DNA of 64,000 nucleotides from a phage. Below the pieces are notes generated by a model, which was not told the DNA's origin, did no database searches, and saw only the letters and a list, made by a program, of their open reading frames with translations. The stretch lies in the NCBI GenBank assembly GCA_036253495.1, contig GCA_036253495.1_4125.1. One strand, given 5' to 3'. Shown in pieces: positions 10,025-19,466 of the stretch (its first letter is position 1; each line of letters opens with the position of its first letter). Position numbers and translations under genes: made by a program.

Positions 10025-10987
10025 GTGAAGAAACTAGACTTAAACGCAATTTCCGAAGAAGTACTGGATGAATGTTTTGCGAATGAAGAAGTCAATCCAT
10101 TGGAAGCAATTGAACCATCAGAAGTTATTGAAGATGATATTCCACATAAAGTTCGTAGTAAAAGTAACATTAGTCTCAAGCGTCCAGTAGGTGTGACTAA
10201 TGAATCCATCATCGAAGAGATTCGTGCTGGAATTAATGTAAAAAAGAACACTGACCTATTACTTCGTTATAACTATGGTATGATCGTTGATGTTGCTTCA
10301 AAGTGTACATGTTATATTCCGTTTGAAGATAAAATTGCATATGGTGTAGAAGGTTTTATGCGAGCACTTAAAACCTTTGATCTTAGTAAGAATGTCAAAT
10401 TCATTACATATGCAACAACGTCCGTTTATATGACTATGTATAATGAAAGTTCAGATGCAAATTACATGGTGTACTTACCACGTTATATGAGCGTTCATAA
10501 CATCCAAGTACGTCGATTTAATGAATCATATCAACGTGAACACGGTAAGCGACCTACACCAGAATTAATCTCTGAGAGTACTGGTATCGAGCTTCAGCAC
10601 GTTAAGAACTGTTTGTTATACCAGAATGCATATACGACTCTTGATGCACAACTGGGTTCAGATTCAGACGGAACCCTTGGGGATATTCTGAGTTCATCTG
10701 CTCGTGATTATAACCTTAATGTTGATAGCATTTGTAATCCATTACGTTATGCAATCACAGAAATCATTGACGAATTGAGTACTAAAGAACGAGAAATTAT
10801 CATGCGTGTTCATGGTCTGGGGGATTACAAAGCAGAAACCCTTCGTGAAATTTCTGATAATGGATATGTTGATGATAAAGGAAACATTGTTAAGTCCCGT
10901 TCATCTGTGCACCGAAAATATAGTGAAGCTATTCAAAAGCTTAAAAAAATAGTACTTGAAAAAGGGTACGAATACGAAGATTTCTAA
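10025..10987 (+). CDS. sigma-70 family RNA polymerase sigma factor
   Basis: Region 2 signature EGFMRALKTFD..KFITYATTSVYMTM matches the conserved sigma70 FD...G..FSTYA pattern; C-terminal region-4-like segment; GTG start after AGGAGA. Confidence 0.8.
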   Translation: MKKLDLNAISEEVLDECFANEEVNPLEAIEPSEVIEDDIPHKVRSKSNISLKRPVGVTNESIIEEIRAGINVKKNTDLLLRYNYGMIVDVASKCTCYIPFEDKIAYGVEGFMRALKTFDLSKNVKFITYATTSVYMTMYNESSDANYMVYLPRYMSVHNIQVRRFNESYQREHGKRPTPELISESTGIELQHVKNCLLYQNAYTTLDAQLGSDSDGTLGDILSSSARDYNLNVDSICNPLRYAITEIIDELSTKEREIIMRVHGLGDYKAETLREISDNGYVDDKGNIVKSRSSVHRKYSEAIQKLKKIVLEKGYEYEDF

Positions 10988-10994
10988 AGAACAA

Positions 10995-11021
10995 GGGTTG
11001 ACTTAGGTCAGCCCTTTTTTT
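10995..11021 (+). terminator. Rho-independent terminator
   Basis: GGGTTGACTTAGGTCAGCCC hairpin followed by T7 run. Confidence 0.7.
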
Positions 11022-11545
11022 ATGGGACAAAATGGATGTTCATGATACAATGATATTGTACAATTCTGTTGGCATGGATGACATGAACCTGATCCACTCG
11101 AAAATGTAGAGGGCAGTTGAGCAGTCCAGCAGTGCGAAGTGCAGAAGAAACCCGTCAGATGTGGGCATATTATGAACCCCTCACGGCAATGCGGCACTAT
11201 AAAGAACCACGTTAGGATGGCTGGTGGTTCCTCGATAGACATATAAGGATAACACCTTACAAATTATCTAAGGGAGAGTTATCAAATTTTGTACAGGAAA
11301 GTTGCGTCCAAAATTTGAGTACTCACATTAAGTATTTGATTGCATAGATACTTAATGAAGATACACTATGTTTAAAAGTGTAGACCGTCATATGAAACTG
11401 AAGTAGAGAGAAACAGGATGACCCGCTTTCGTACTCATTAAGAGTAATCTTCAATGCAATAGCTCTGATACCATCAGCGTCAAATTCCCCTCCCAGCGGG
11501 GGGAAGAAAAATCCCTTCCTCAAATCCCGTCAATATTAAAAGTCC

Positions 11546-11574
11546 TTGACAGTTATTAATCATTCGCGTAGAAT
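11546..11574 (+). promoter_or_regulatory. sigma70-like promoter
   Basis: TTGACA, 17 bp spacer, TAGAAT. Confidence 0.5.
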
Positions 11575-11638
11575 ACGTAGTATTAGAAGCGAACAGACAT
11601 CTCGAAGAGATGGATGACTAACTATTAAGGAACATTCA

Positions 11639-11848
11639 ATGAATACTACAATCTTTTTAGTAGTTGCTCTTTCAATGCAATCCGGTGTACAAATTACCCC
11701 TATGAATTCATTAAACCAATGTTTTTCTGTACGTGATAGTACATACGAACAAGTAAACAAAAATTCTTGGATGACAGTTAGTGAAGAACAAATGTGGTGT
11801 TACAAAAGTGATATTAAAGCGAAATTTATTGTAGGACAAACTCAATGA
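11639..11848 (+). CDS. hypothetical small protein
   Basis: 69 aa ORF. Confidence 0.45.
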   Translation: MNTTIFLVVALSMQSGVQITPMNSLNQCFSVRDSTYEQVNKNSWMTVSEEQMWCYKSDIKAKFIVGQTQ

Positions 11849-12039
11849 TTTATCGAGTGAGGTTTGAAGTTTGTAAAATTGTTTTCAATAGCAAAGGTGA
11901 AGCCTCACTCGATGAAACTCTGCACATATATAATCTCCAATTTAGGGCAAAAACAGAAGCTGATGCATTAGTAAACATGTTTAATTTCAACCATAGGTGC
12001 GGGTATCATTTAGTAAGAGTTATAGAGGTTAAAAAGTAA
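11845..12039 (+). CDS. hypothetical small protein
   Basis: 64 aa, ATGA overlap. Confidence 0.45.
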   Translation: MIYRVRFEVCKIVFNSKGEASLDETLHIYNLQFRAKTEADALVNMFNFNHRCGYHLVRVIEVKK

Positions 12040-12069
12040 TCACCGAATGCAGTGAAGAGGAAATCTAAA

Positions 12070-12864
12070 ATGAGTACTATCGATGAATTGATTCGACGGA
12101 ATTCAAAATATTACCAACCATCAGAAATTGTGGATAATATTACTAAATCTGAGTTTGGACCTAATACTCGCAAACTCATTCATGTAATGTCTCGTGACGG
12201 CTTTAAATGTGATTGTTGTGGTGAATCCAATGTAGTATTCACTTTACATAAGCACAGTACTAAAGAACGTTATAAATTCAGACCTTATGTACTTAAAGGG
12301 AAACGTCTTGTACGCATGACGTTAGACCATAATGTACTGGACTGTCTCCAGGGTGGTAATGATAAAGAGAACATGACTGCACTGTGTGAGGATTGTAATG
12401 CCTTACGCCAGCATAAGTTCGCAGAGTACAGCGAGTTTAAGTACTGGTATCATAATGCAGACCGTTCAATTGAGCCTAATGTAAACTACTGCTTCATTGA
12501 GTACATCAAGAATGCAAAAGATACATACATTCTTAAATCCATGTCTCCGATTACAGTGTTTCCTGAGAATCTATTCAGTACTATGGAGCGTGATTTCAAG
12601 CGTGGTATCATCAATGCATTCAAGCACTTAGACAAAGGTATCAAGCACTTTGATGTTGAATGTTTAAATTCAGGTATGAATCATTTAGTACAAATTTACA
12701 TGAAATCGTTTATAGGTATTGACAGTGCACGACTACCAGTATATAATTACTTTATTGAAAGCGTAGAAGGTGAATCACTTCGTGATTATGGTGAAAGATT
12801 TAATAAGAAAGTTTTCACTGCAATAGCAAATGAGATTCATTACTATAAACCATATGTAATTTAA
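12070..12864 (+). CDS. HNH endonuclease (putative homing endonuclease)
   Basis: CDCCG ... LDHNVLDCLQGGNDKENMTALCEDCN HNH-type motif; ATG 12070 after GAGGA. Confidence 0.65.
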   Translation: MSTIDELIRRNSKYYQPSEIVDNITKSEFGPNTRKLIHVMSRDGFKCDCCGESNVVFTLHKHSTKERYKFRPYVLKGKRLVRMTLDHNVLDCLQGGNDKENMTALCEDCNALRQHKFAEYSEFKYWYHNADRSIEPNVNYCFIEYIKNAKDTYILKSMSPITVFPENLFSTMERDFKRGIINAFKHLDKGIKHFDVECLNSGMNHLVQIYMKSFIGIDSARLPVYNYFIESVEGESLRDYGERFNKKVFTAIANEIHYYKPYVI

Positions 12865-12878
12865 TTAGAGGAACTATC

Positions 12879-13046
12879 ATGCAAATCATTATCTTAATCG
12901 TTGGTATCGGTTTGGGCATCTATGGACATTCATGGGTAACTGAGAAGTTTCCTGACACCCGTCCAGATTACTGTACAACTAAAACTGAAAGTACTGAAAG
13001 TATTGGAACTAAGATCGATAAAGTAATCGAGGTGATTAAACAATGA
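12879..13046 (+). CDS. small membrane peptide
   Basis: 55 aa, hydrophobic N-terminus, GAGGAA RBS; hand-translated. Confidence 0.4.
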   Translation: MQIIILIVGIGLGIYGHSWVTEKFPDTRPDYCTTKTESTESIGTKIDKVIEVIKQ

Positions 13047-13134
13047 TGAAACTTAATATATTTCTGGTTGTATTCACTGTCGTTGTTATCGGTATTGGTG
13101 CACTGGCATATATCCAACCTTAAAGGAAAAATAA

Positions 13135-13335
13135 ATGTTTAAATCGAATACAAATGTTGGTAAGCAGGTTCAATTACTTGAAGACGTATCCACTATGAGT
13201 GGAACCTTCACTAAAGGTCACATCATGACTATTATTGCCGAAACATCCCGTGGCTGGGACTTGGAAGATGCTGATGGTAATCGCATCCTTGAGGCTGGCT
13301 TCTATGGTCATCGTGAATATAAAATCATTGATTAA
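13135..13335 (+). CDS. hypothetical small protein
   Basis: 66 aa ORF. Confidence 0.5.
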   Translation: MFKSNTNVGKQVQLLEDVSTMSGTFTKGHIMTIIAETSRGWDLEDADGNRILEAGFYGHREYKIID

Positions 13336-13433
13336 GGATGCAAACGTGACTTTAGAGATTATCGTTGGTATTGTTAGTTTTAGTCATCTGTGTTGGTTGG
13401 TTTGGGTATATGATGATTTTTAGTGATTAATAC

Positions 13434-13461
13434 TTGACAGAAGATATCAGTACTGTATAAT
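13434..13461 (+). promoter_or_regulatory. sigma70-like promoter
   Basis: TTGACA, 16 bp spacer, TATAAT with upstream CAGTACTG. Confidence 0.55.
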
Positions 13462-13506
13462 GTTTATATCAAACGAAATCCACTTTAACAAATGATAGGA
13501 AATATT

Positions 13507-13785
13507 ATGTCTTTTACCAAAGAAGAACGTGACCTTATTAAAAAAGCAATCTGGTTTTATGCTAATGAAGGGGAGTGCGATGAAGAAAAAGCACGTGAAC
13601 TGTGTAATATCCTTGAGCAGAAACAAGAACTGAAAGTGTATCGTATCCGTGTTTTGGATGAAGGGGATCGTATTGTCCTAGCTGAAACAAAAGAAGAAGC
13701 AGAACAAATCTTCACTGATAAAAACGAAAATCCACATTGGATGGAAGAAGTCTGTGAAGTAAAAAAAGGTACTTATATCGATTGA
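13507..13785 (+). CDS. hypothetical protein
   Basis: Track ORF from 13492; ATG 13507 chosen. Confidence 0.5.
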   Translation: MSFTKEERDLIKKAIWFYANEGECDEEKARELCNILEQKQELKVYRIRVLDEGDRIVLAETKEEAEQIFTDKNENPHWMEEVCEVKKGTYID

Positions 13786-13810
13786 CTGTACTGAATAATA
13801 GCAGTATAAT
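13782..13810 (+). promoter_or_regulatory. sigma70-like promoter
   Basis: TTGACT, 17 bp spacer, TATAAT. Confidence 0.55.
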
Positions 13811-13816
13811 GTTTAT

Positions 13817-13882
13817 ATCAAAGGGAATGCAGTGAAAGGAAAGACAGCATAATCGTACTCGTCACTGCGTTCCCGCCCTTTT
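13817..13882 (+). ncRNA. candidate short leader RNA or attenuator
   Basis: GGGAATGCAGTGA ... TCACTGCGTTCCC stem followed by GCCCTTTT, between promoter and the RBS of the 13904 gene. Confidence 0.3.
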
Positions 13883-13903
13883 AAATTAAATGAGGAATTA
13901 ACT

Positions 13904-14212
13904 ATGTTTCAAACTAACACTCAAGGTTTTGTAATCATCGATTTGAATCAAAACAGCGGTTATTGGATGAAACCTACTGACGCATGTATGCAGTTTGATT
14001 TTTTAGGTTACAGGATTAGTGTAAGTACTGGTGCTTCTGTACTGCGTGGTGGTTGTATCGTTGAACATCTGGTAACTGATCCAGAAGGTCGTGAGTATGA
14101 AATCGCAGGTTCAGTACAAGATGCCATTATGTTTGTATGTCAGCGTGAAATGAATGGTTCGAATTCAAATGCACTGACTCATGCTCTTTCTCAAGAAGTG
14201 GAGGTTCGTTAA
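13904..14212 (+). CDS. hypothetical protein
   Basis: 102 aa, GAGGAA RBS. Confidence 0.55.
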   Translation: MFQTNTQGFVIIDLNQNSGYWMKPTDACMQFDFLGYRISVSTGASVLRGGCIVEHLVTDPEGREYEIAGSVQDAIMFVCQREMNGSNSNALTHALSQEVEVR

Positions 14213-14457
14213 TGAAATATATTGTAGCAGTACTAATTGCTTTCCTACTCACTGCATGTGATGCTTCAACAAAAGAACGAACTGGTGAGTTTGTTTTACC
14301 AACTGAACTCAAAGAAGCAGGGTGTAAGATTTATCGTATGCAACAGGAAGGTGCAGGTGCAACTTTGTACACTGTTTACTGTCCTAATGCAAACACTACT
14401 ACGTCTTATATGAGTGGTAAAGTTCGCGTGGATACATCTGTGGTTCATGGAGAATAA
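14212..14457 (+). CDS. putative lipoprotein
   Basis: Signal peptide with LLTAC lipobox-like site. Confidence 0.55.
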   Translation: MKYIVAVLIAFLLTACDASTKERTGEFVLPTELKEAGCKIYRMQQEGAGATLYTVYCPNANTTTSYMSGKVRVDTSVVHGE

Positions 14458-14459
14458 CA

Positions 14460-14828
14460 ATGAGTCTTGATACTACTCGTTCGGCAAATATCTTGGAACG
14501 TTTGAATGATGAAGAATATCTTGCTAATGCAAAATATCAGCTTGAAAAACTCATTCGAAATGTAAAATATGTTGATATCACTACACAGCTTCCACTAGAT
14601 GAATATCACAAGTTAAACGAAGATATTGTATATCACCCAAATGAAATTTGGATTGAGTGGGAATCATGGACTCATTCGGTTCTCCGTATCGAAGGATATT
14701 GTGTGAAATATGAAAGTTCACCAGGTGATTTTACAAAAAAACTGTCGATATTGTGCACTGACACACATGAAATAGTTGAGGTGAATTTGAATCATATGAA
14801 GGGTTGCCGTTGGGGAGATGTTAAATGA
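14460..14828 (+). CDS. hypothetical protein
   Basis: 122 aa ORF. Confidence 0.55.
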   Translation: MSLDTTRSANILERLNDEEYLANAKYQLEKLIRNVKYVDITTQLPLDEYHKLNEDIVYHPNEIWIEWESWTHSVLRIEGYCVKYESSPGDFTKKLSILCTDTHEIVEVNLNHMKGCRWGDVK

Positions 14829-15100
14829 TTAAAAAACTCTTGACGGTGTTTGTTGTATTCTGTACAATGTTTCTTACAGCATGTAATGATGACGGCAGGT
14901 TCAGTGCAAAAGACTTAGTTCGTCAGGATTGTACATTCACAGGTAAGTCTTTTATTAACGAATATGAAATATGTACACAAGCAGGACGTATTTGTGGGGG
15001 TTGGGAAAAACGTCAGGAGCGTCTGTATGTATATGATTGTCCAGGACACCTCAACAAAGTACTAAGCACACACAAACTTGTTTATGATAAGGTTGAATAA
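14825..15100 (+). CDS. putative lipoprotein
   Basis: Signal peptide with FLTAC lipobox-like site. Confidence 0.55.
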   Translation: MIKKLLTVFVVFCTMFLTACNDDGRFSAKDLVRQDCTFTGKSFINEYEICTQAGRICGGWEKRQERLYVYDCPGHLNKVLSTHKLVYDKVE

Positions 15101-15309
15101 TGACTACCAATGAAATGATGCAGGTTATTTGGAATAAAGGTTGTGATATTAAAATCACTAGTACTGATGTTCGTGTATTCAAAACTGAATACATGGAATA
15201 CTTGGACCTTGATACTTATAATAATATTGTATCAATTGAACACAAAGGTGCAGTACTGGAAACAATTGACGTTGTTCTCAAGAAAGCAACGGATTTATTG
15301 GGAGCATAA
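15100..15309 (+). CDS. hypothetical small protein
   Basis: 69 aa ORF. Confidence 0.5.
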   Translation: MTTNEMMQVIWNKGCDIKITSTDVRVFKTEYMEYLDLDTYNNIVSIEHKGAVLETIDVVLKKATDLLGA

Positions 15310-15310
15310 G

Positions 15311-15457
15311 GTGAACAATAAAGAATGGGAAGAGTACCGCAAGAAGTGCCGAGAGTTTGATAAAGAACTCACTGGTACTGTGAACGCAGTAATGTGGGTA
15401 TCTGCAATAATTGCAGTACTGGGACTGTTTGCAGTTATCATTAATAAGTTTTTTTGA
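15311..15457 (+). CDS. small membrane peptide
   Basis: GTG after GGAG; C-terminal TM helix. Confidence 0.4.
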   Translation: MNNKEWEEYRKKCREFDKELTGTVNAVMWVSAIIAVLGLFAVIINKFF

Positions 15458-15466
15458 GGAATACAC

Positions 15467-15667
15467 ATGTTTACTTTATATCTAGCCGTAGTACTAACAA
15501 ATGGTGAAATCACACGTACATTCGGTGACGGTGTATATAAAACACCTGAGCAGTGTTATTCTGCGACACACTGGCCTCGTGATGCTGGTGAAGAAACTCG
15601 TACCGAATACAAATGTATGAAGGTCAAAGGTGACTTTGTTAACCTTAAGGTCATTGAGGTGAAGTAG
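15467..15667 (+). CDS. hypothetical small protein
   Basis: 66 aa ORF. Confidence 0.5.
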   Translation: MFTLYLAVVLTNGEITRTFGDGVYKTPEQCYSATHWPRDAGEETRTEYKCMKVKGDFVNLKVIEVK

Positions 15668-16173
15668 TGAATCTTAGTACTGATAAGTTTGTAAAGTTCA
15701 TAGAGTTTATCAACTTCAATGAGAGCTACAATGGTACGTACAATACTATGAATATTGTATCTGATAAAGTATTTGATAGTACAATGTTCTATTTGTATGA
15801 TACAAACGGTGATAAGCTGTGTGATGTTACATTCGGTATTGGTGATCTTTTTGAATCTGCGGTTTATCTATCTAAACCAACGGTGCGTGATACATATGAA
15901 ATTCACTTTCATAATAGACCGAATCACAAAAACATTGTAGAATATGATATACCATCATCACACGAACTGTTCATTGTAGATTACAGTACTGAAGAGGGTG
16001 TATTTCAAAGTTCATTGCTATACAACTTTGAACTACACGATCCTGATATTCCTAAAGTACTGGCAATTTCCAATAAGGTATGTGAATTGCCATATAACAT
16101 ATACATGTCAGTTCCTGGTAAAAGAGTAGGTAATTTCTGTAAAGCCTTTGACATACAAGCGGATGATAAATGA
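15667..16173 (+). CDS. hypothetical protein
   Basis: 168 aa ORF. Confidence 0.55.
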   Translation: MNLSTDKFVKFIEFINFNESYNGTYNTMNIVSDKVFDSTMFYLYDTNGDKLCDVTFGIGDLFESAVYLSKPTVRDTYEIHFHNRPNHKNIVEYDIPSSHELFIVDYSTEEGVFQSSLLYNFELHDPDIPKVLAISNKVCELPYNIYMSVPGKRVGNFCKAFDIQADDK

Positions 16174-16394
16174 ACAGATACGTGATTGAATACGTGGGTA
16201 TATCTGAATTTGATAACATTCGTGGCTATGAAAAGGTCATGAGTGAACGCACGATATATGTTAGGGGTCGCGATGAAGCCCATGTTCTCTCTTTACTGTT
16301 AAATGACCTGACAAAGTTCAATACAACAAAGACACAACGTTATATTGAAACAATTAAATCTATTAAACTTTTAGACGAGGATGATGAAGAATGA
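16170..16394 (+). CDS. hypothetical small protein
   Basis: 74 aa, ATGA overlap. Confidence 0.5.
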   Translation: MNRYVIEYVGISEFDNIRGYEKVMSERTIYVRGRDEAHVLSLLLNDLTKFNTTKTQRYIETIKSIKLLDEDDEE

Positions 16395-16603
16395 ATTTAT
16401 ATCTAGTAGAAGGTACAGTGCAGGTTTTCCGTTTTGATGGTGATCGTGGTATGCGTTTCTCACATGTTGAAGAATTTAAATTTGTCGTACATGCAGAAGG
16501 TGAGTACGAAGCAGAGATTAAAGTATCTGAATCCTTTGATAAGAAAGAAACAGTAGATGTACAGTATCAGCAACTACAATTTAAAGTGTGGCCTACGCTT
16601 TAA
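16391..16603 (+). CDS. hypothetical small protein
   Basis: 70 aa, ATGA overlap. Confidence 0.5.
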   Translation: MNLYLVEGTVQVFRFDGDRGMRFSHVEEFKFVVHAEGEYEAEIKVSESFDKKETVDVQYQQLQFKVWPTL

Positions 16604-16607
16604 AAAC

Positions 16608-16636
16608 TTGACACGCATGTAAAAAGCGAGTATTAT
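16608..16636 (+). promoter_or_regulatory. sigma70-like promoter
   Basis: TTGACA, 17 bp spacer, TATTAT. Confidence 0.5.
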
Positions 16637-16667
16637 ATCTGTATTATGAATTAACTGAGGAATACGT

Positions 16668-17333
16668 ATGCTCGCCAATTTAAGTTACATTATTAGTGAT
16701 GATATGGTACAAAGTCGTGGTATGTATCTTGAGAAAGTTCCATACGATAGCGATGGTATCAAAGGAACTTTATACGAAAGTCGTTTTGACAGAAAGCATC
16801 CATTCTGGGAAAAGGCTAATCTAACGGAAGAAGATAGTAATCGTTTATTTTGTGCTGTGCAGACGCCTACACCTGGTATATTAGCGGGTTATGGTATAGA
16901 TAAAGTCATTAACTTTATGACAGACTATGAAGTTATTAAAAGTCTGCAATATATTAATACGAACAATGGTGAGTTCTATAATTCTGATGATTTTCTTGCT
17001 ATGTGTAGTGCTTCATATGAGAGTGAATTATTGCCAAGTGGTAGACCATTCCCATTGTCAACACATTGTAATTCCCCTTACGGTGTAGCTGACAACTTAC
17101 AGCAGATCCTTAAGAAACATAAGAATGTTCTTACATCTGAAATGGAAGTTGTTATTGGATTTCATCCAGTGTACAAGGAAGATCAACCTGAACATGGTGG
17201 GTGGCGTTGGCATAAGCACGGCACATACATTGGTACTCATAAGAAAAAGCATGAGTACTTGTATGATGAAGAAGGTATTGATGTTGTTTATTGTTACGAA
17301 CTAATCCCAGTAAAGAAAAAGGAAACACTATAA
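16668..17333 (+). CDS. hypothetical protein
   Basis: 221 aa, GAGGAA RBS. Confidence 0.6.
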   Translation: MLANLSYIISDDMVQSRGMYLEKVPYDSDGIKGTLYESRFDRKHPFWEKANLTEEDSNRLFCAVQTPTPGILAGYGIDKVINFMTDYEVIKSLQYINTNNGEFYNSDDFLAMCSASYESELLPSGRPFPLSTHCNSPYGVADNLQQILKKHKNVLTSEMEVVIGFHPVYKEDQPEHGGWRWHKHGTYIGTHKKKHEYLYDEEGIDVVYCYELIPVKKKETL

Positions 17334-17575
17334 TGTTAATTTTATACGTTGTACTGATTTTATTAGTTAACTTTTCTCCAACTATTTTAACTTTAGTATG
17401 GGGTAAATTTTATGATGCTGTAAAAGTATTTCTCTTGAATACTGCATGGGTATTGGTAAGTCTGACTCTTTATTGGTCTACTGATTGGATGATGATTGTG
17501 AGTCATATACTACTATATATTTCATTCCTAATGTTGTTCCAAGAAAAAGAAGTACTTGACAAACTTGAAGGTTAG
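17333..17575 (+). CDS. small membrane protein
   Basis: TAATG overlap; two hydrophobic helices. Confidence 0.5.
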   Translation: MLILYVVLILLVNFSPTILTLVWGKFYDAVKVFLLNTAWVLVSLTLYWSTDWMMIVSHILLYISFLMLFQEKEVLDKLEG

Positions 17576-17584
17576 ACCTATAAT
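17556..17584 (+). promoter_or_regulatory. sigma70-like promoter
   Basis: TTGACA, 17 bp spacer, TATAAT. Confidence 0.55.
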
Positions 17585-17607
17585 ATCCTTCTACTAAGGG
17601 GGATATT

Positions 17608-17868
17608 ATGGCAGTAGGGTTTGGTTCACCAGATAACCACCAAGAAACGATACAAGCAACTATTGATAATGCTATTGACTTTGCTCGCTCAAATCTGTAT
17701 AGTGGTGAGTCTGAAGAGTACTGCATCGACTGTGACTGTGAGATACCAGAGAAGCGGAGGTTAGTACTGAAGGGTGTAAAACGATGTGTTCAGTGTCAAT
17801 CAAAGGTTGACAAGGTATATCAAGAGCGTTATAATAGACGTGGAAGTAAAGACAGCCAACTCCGTTAA
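17608..17868 (+). CDS. TraR/DksA-like C4 zinc-finger protein
   Basis: CIDCDCEIP ... RCVQC four-cysteine arrangement in an 86-aa protein. Confidence 0.5.
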   Translation: MAVGFGSPDNHQETIQATIDNAIDFARSNLYSGESEEYCIDCDCEIPEKRRLVLKGVKRCVQCQSKVDKVYQERYNRRGSKDSQLR

Positions 17869-17888
17869 ATTAATATGAGGAACTACTA

Positions 17889-18221
17889 ATGTTATCATTT
17901 ATTCTTTCTATCCCTTGTTTTGTTCTTCTTTTTGTATTACTTTTTGAAGCATTCCAGAAAGATGAAGAAGTTAAAAATGACCTACGTAAACTATTCAATC
18001 TGGATAGTCCAGTAGTTGGGATCTTTTATGTTTTAGTATGTGTGTATGCTGTTGTGTGGCTATTGGGCTTTTTATTACCACTATCTACTGTACTTGCATG
18101 GATTTCCGTTGTTGAAAATTTAGTAGCTATTGTATGGTTTATTCAATGTTTGTTTAGTGGTTTGGTTTCTGATTGGATTTTCTTACTTAAAGTGAAGTTT
18201 AAATCAAAATCTGATAAGTAA
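17889..18221 (+). CDS. small membrane protein
   Basis: 110 aa hydrophobic ORF. Confidence 0.55.
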   Translation: MLSFILSIPCFVLLFVLLFEAFQKDEEVKNDLRKLFNLDSPVVGIFYVLVCVYAVVWLLGFLLPLSTVLAWISVVENLVAIVWFIQCLFSGLVSDWIFLLKVKFKSKSDK

Positions 18222-18312
18222 TAACCAAGTACTCATATAAAATACAGAATAGTATTAAATACTTGTGTACTAGTTAAGTACGCAAGTATTTTTTTATTAT
18301 TTTGAGGTTAAT

Positions 18313-18678
18313 ATGGGAAAGCTTACAATTATAATAGCCATGATAATGGCACTTAATGTTATGCCAGTTGAAGCTAACGAGGACGTTGCGTGGTTCGATT
18401 GCATAGGAAATGATGGACAGTGGCATACGTTTTCCAGTGATCCATATAATGGTACTGATATACTAATAGATGGTGAAAATTATCGTTTTGTTAGTGAAAG
18501 TAAAATTGGCAACAAAAAGGTATCGACATTTAGAACTGATTCTGGTATAATTGCTAATGTCATACTGATAGTTGATCCTGAAAATAATACAGGGGATATA
18601 TATGTAGTGGTTTACCGTGATCATTCCAATAAAAGAAGTCTGGATCTTGATAAACTTCATTTACATTGTCAAATATAA
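18313..18678 (+). CDS. putative secreted protein
   Basis: Signal peptide-like N-terminus; paralog of 19064..19417. Confidence 0.55.
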   Translation: MGKLTIIIAMIMALNVMPVEANEDVAWFDCIGNDGQWHTFSSDPYNGTDILIDGENYRFVSESKIGNKKVSTFRTDSGIIANVILIVDPENNTGDIYVVVYRDHSNKRSLDLDKLHLHCQI

Positions 18679-18692
18679 TTTAAGGTAAATCT

Positions 18693-19067
18693 ATGTTCAA
18701 TAGTATCATTGGGTTCTCATTAGTACTTCCACAAATCATTTTTGGTATTTGTTTTGTAACTTTTATGATGGGGTCAATCTATGGTATATGGTATTACATT
18801 TTAAAACAATCAGATGGAATCATTTTAAAAATAACAATGCATTTTGATGTGGATTCACCAGCATGGAATTCATCTATTATTACCAATACATTGTATTTTA
18901 TGATGATCATTTTGGAACAATTGGGATTTGTATCTAATAGTAATGTTTCTATGACCGCAGGTATGGCAAGTATTTGTTGTTTGTGGTATATTGTTTATAA
19001 GATTGATGTGTTGTATAATATGTATCGTGAAATGGTATTGAACAGAGATATGCAGAGGAAAAAATGA
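18693..19067 (+). CDS. small membrane protein
   Basis: 124 aa hydrophobic ORF. Confidence 0.55.
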   Translation: MFNSIIGFSLVLPQIIFGICFVTFMMGSIYGIWYYILKQSDGIILKITMHFDVDSPAWNSSIITNTLYFMMIILEQLGFVSNSNVSMTAGMASICCLWYIVYKIDVLYNMYREMVLNRDMQRKK

Positions 19068-19417
19068 TGAAAGTTATATTATTTTTTATGTGTATTATTA
19101 TGTGTGGTGTCTCTTATGCTGCACCCTTAGCCGGATTGCTTTGTAAAGAGAATTCTGAACAACACATATTCCAAGGGGATTCAGATGACCTTGATATCAT
19201 TTACATCGATGGTACTGAATATACATACGTTAAAGACCATACTGTTGGTGATATCAGTTTCACTGAATATGCAAAAACAGGTGACACTGATTATAGAGCC
19301 TACCTTCAAGTGAATATGATAGAGGGTGAAGACGGAACACAAGAAGTCAAACTCGTACTTAAACGTATTGGAGATAAGGAGGCTGATTTTGGAGGTGAGT
19401 GTACATATGATGATTGA
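19064..19417 (+). CDS. putative secreted protein
   Basis: Signal peptide; C-terminal KLVLKRIGDKEADFGGECTYDD. Confidence 0.55.
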   Translation: MMKVILFFMCIIMCGVSYAAPLAGLLCKENSEQHIFQGDSDDLDIIYIDGTEYTYVKDHTVGDISFTEYAKTGDTDYRAYLQVNMIEGEDGTQEVKLVLKRIGDKEADFGGECTYDD

Positions 19418-19425
19418 TTAAAAAA

Positions 19426-19458
19426 GGTTGACTAACGTCAGCCTTTTTTGTTATACTG
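19426..19458 (+). terminator. terminator hairpin overlapping promoter -35
   Basis: GGTTGACTAACGTCAGCC hairpin, T-run, then TATACT. Confidence 0.6.
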
Positions 19459-19466
19459 ATCCCAAT

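Noticed and set aside
10988-11638. Group I intron
   Set aside because: The region does not interrupt a reading frame (the sigma gene ends with a stop and terminator before it) and no P/Q/R/S core elements were recognised.
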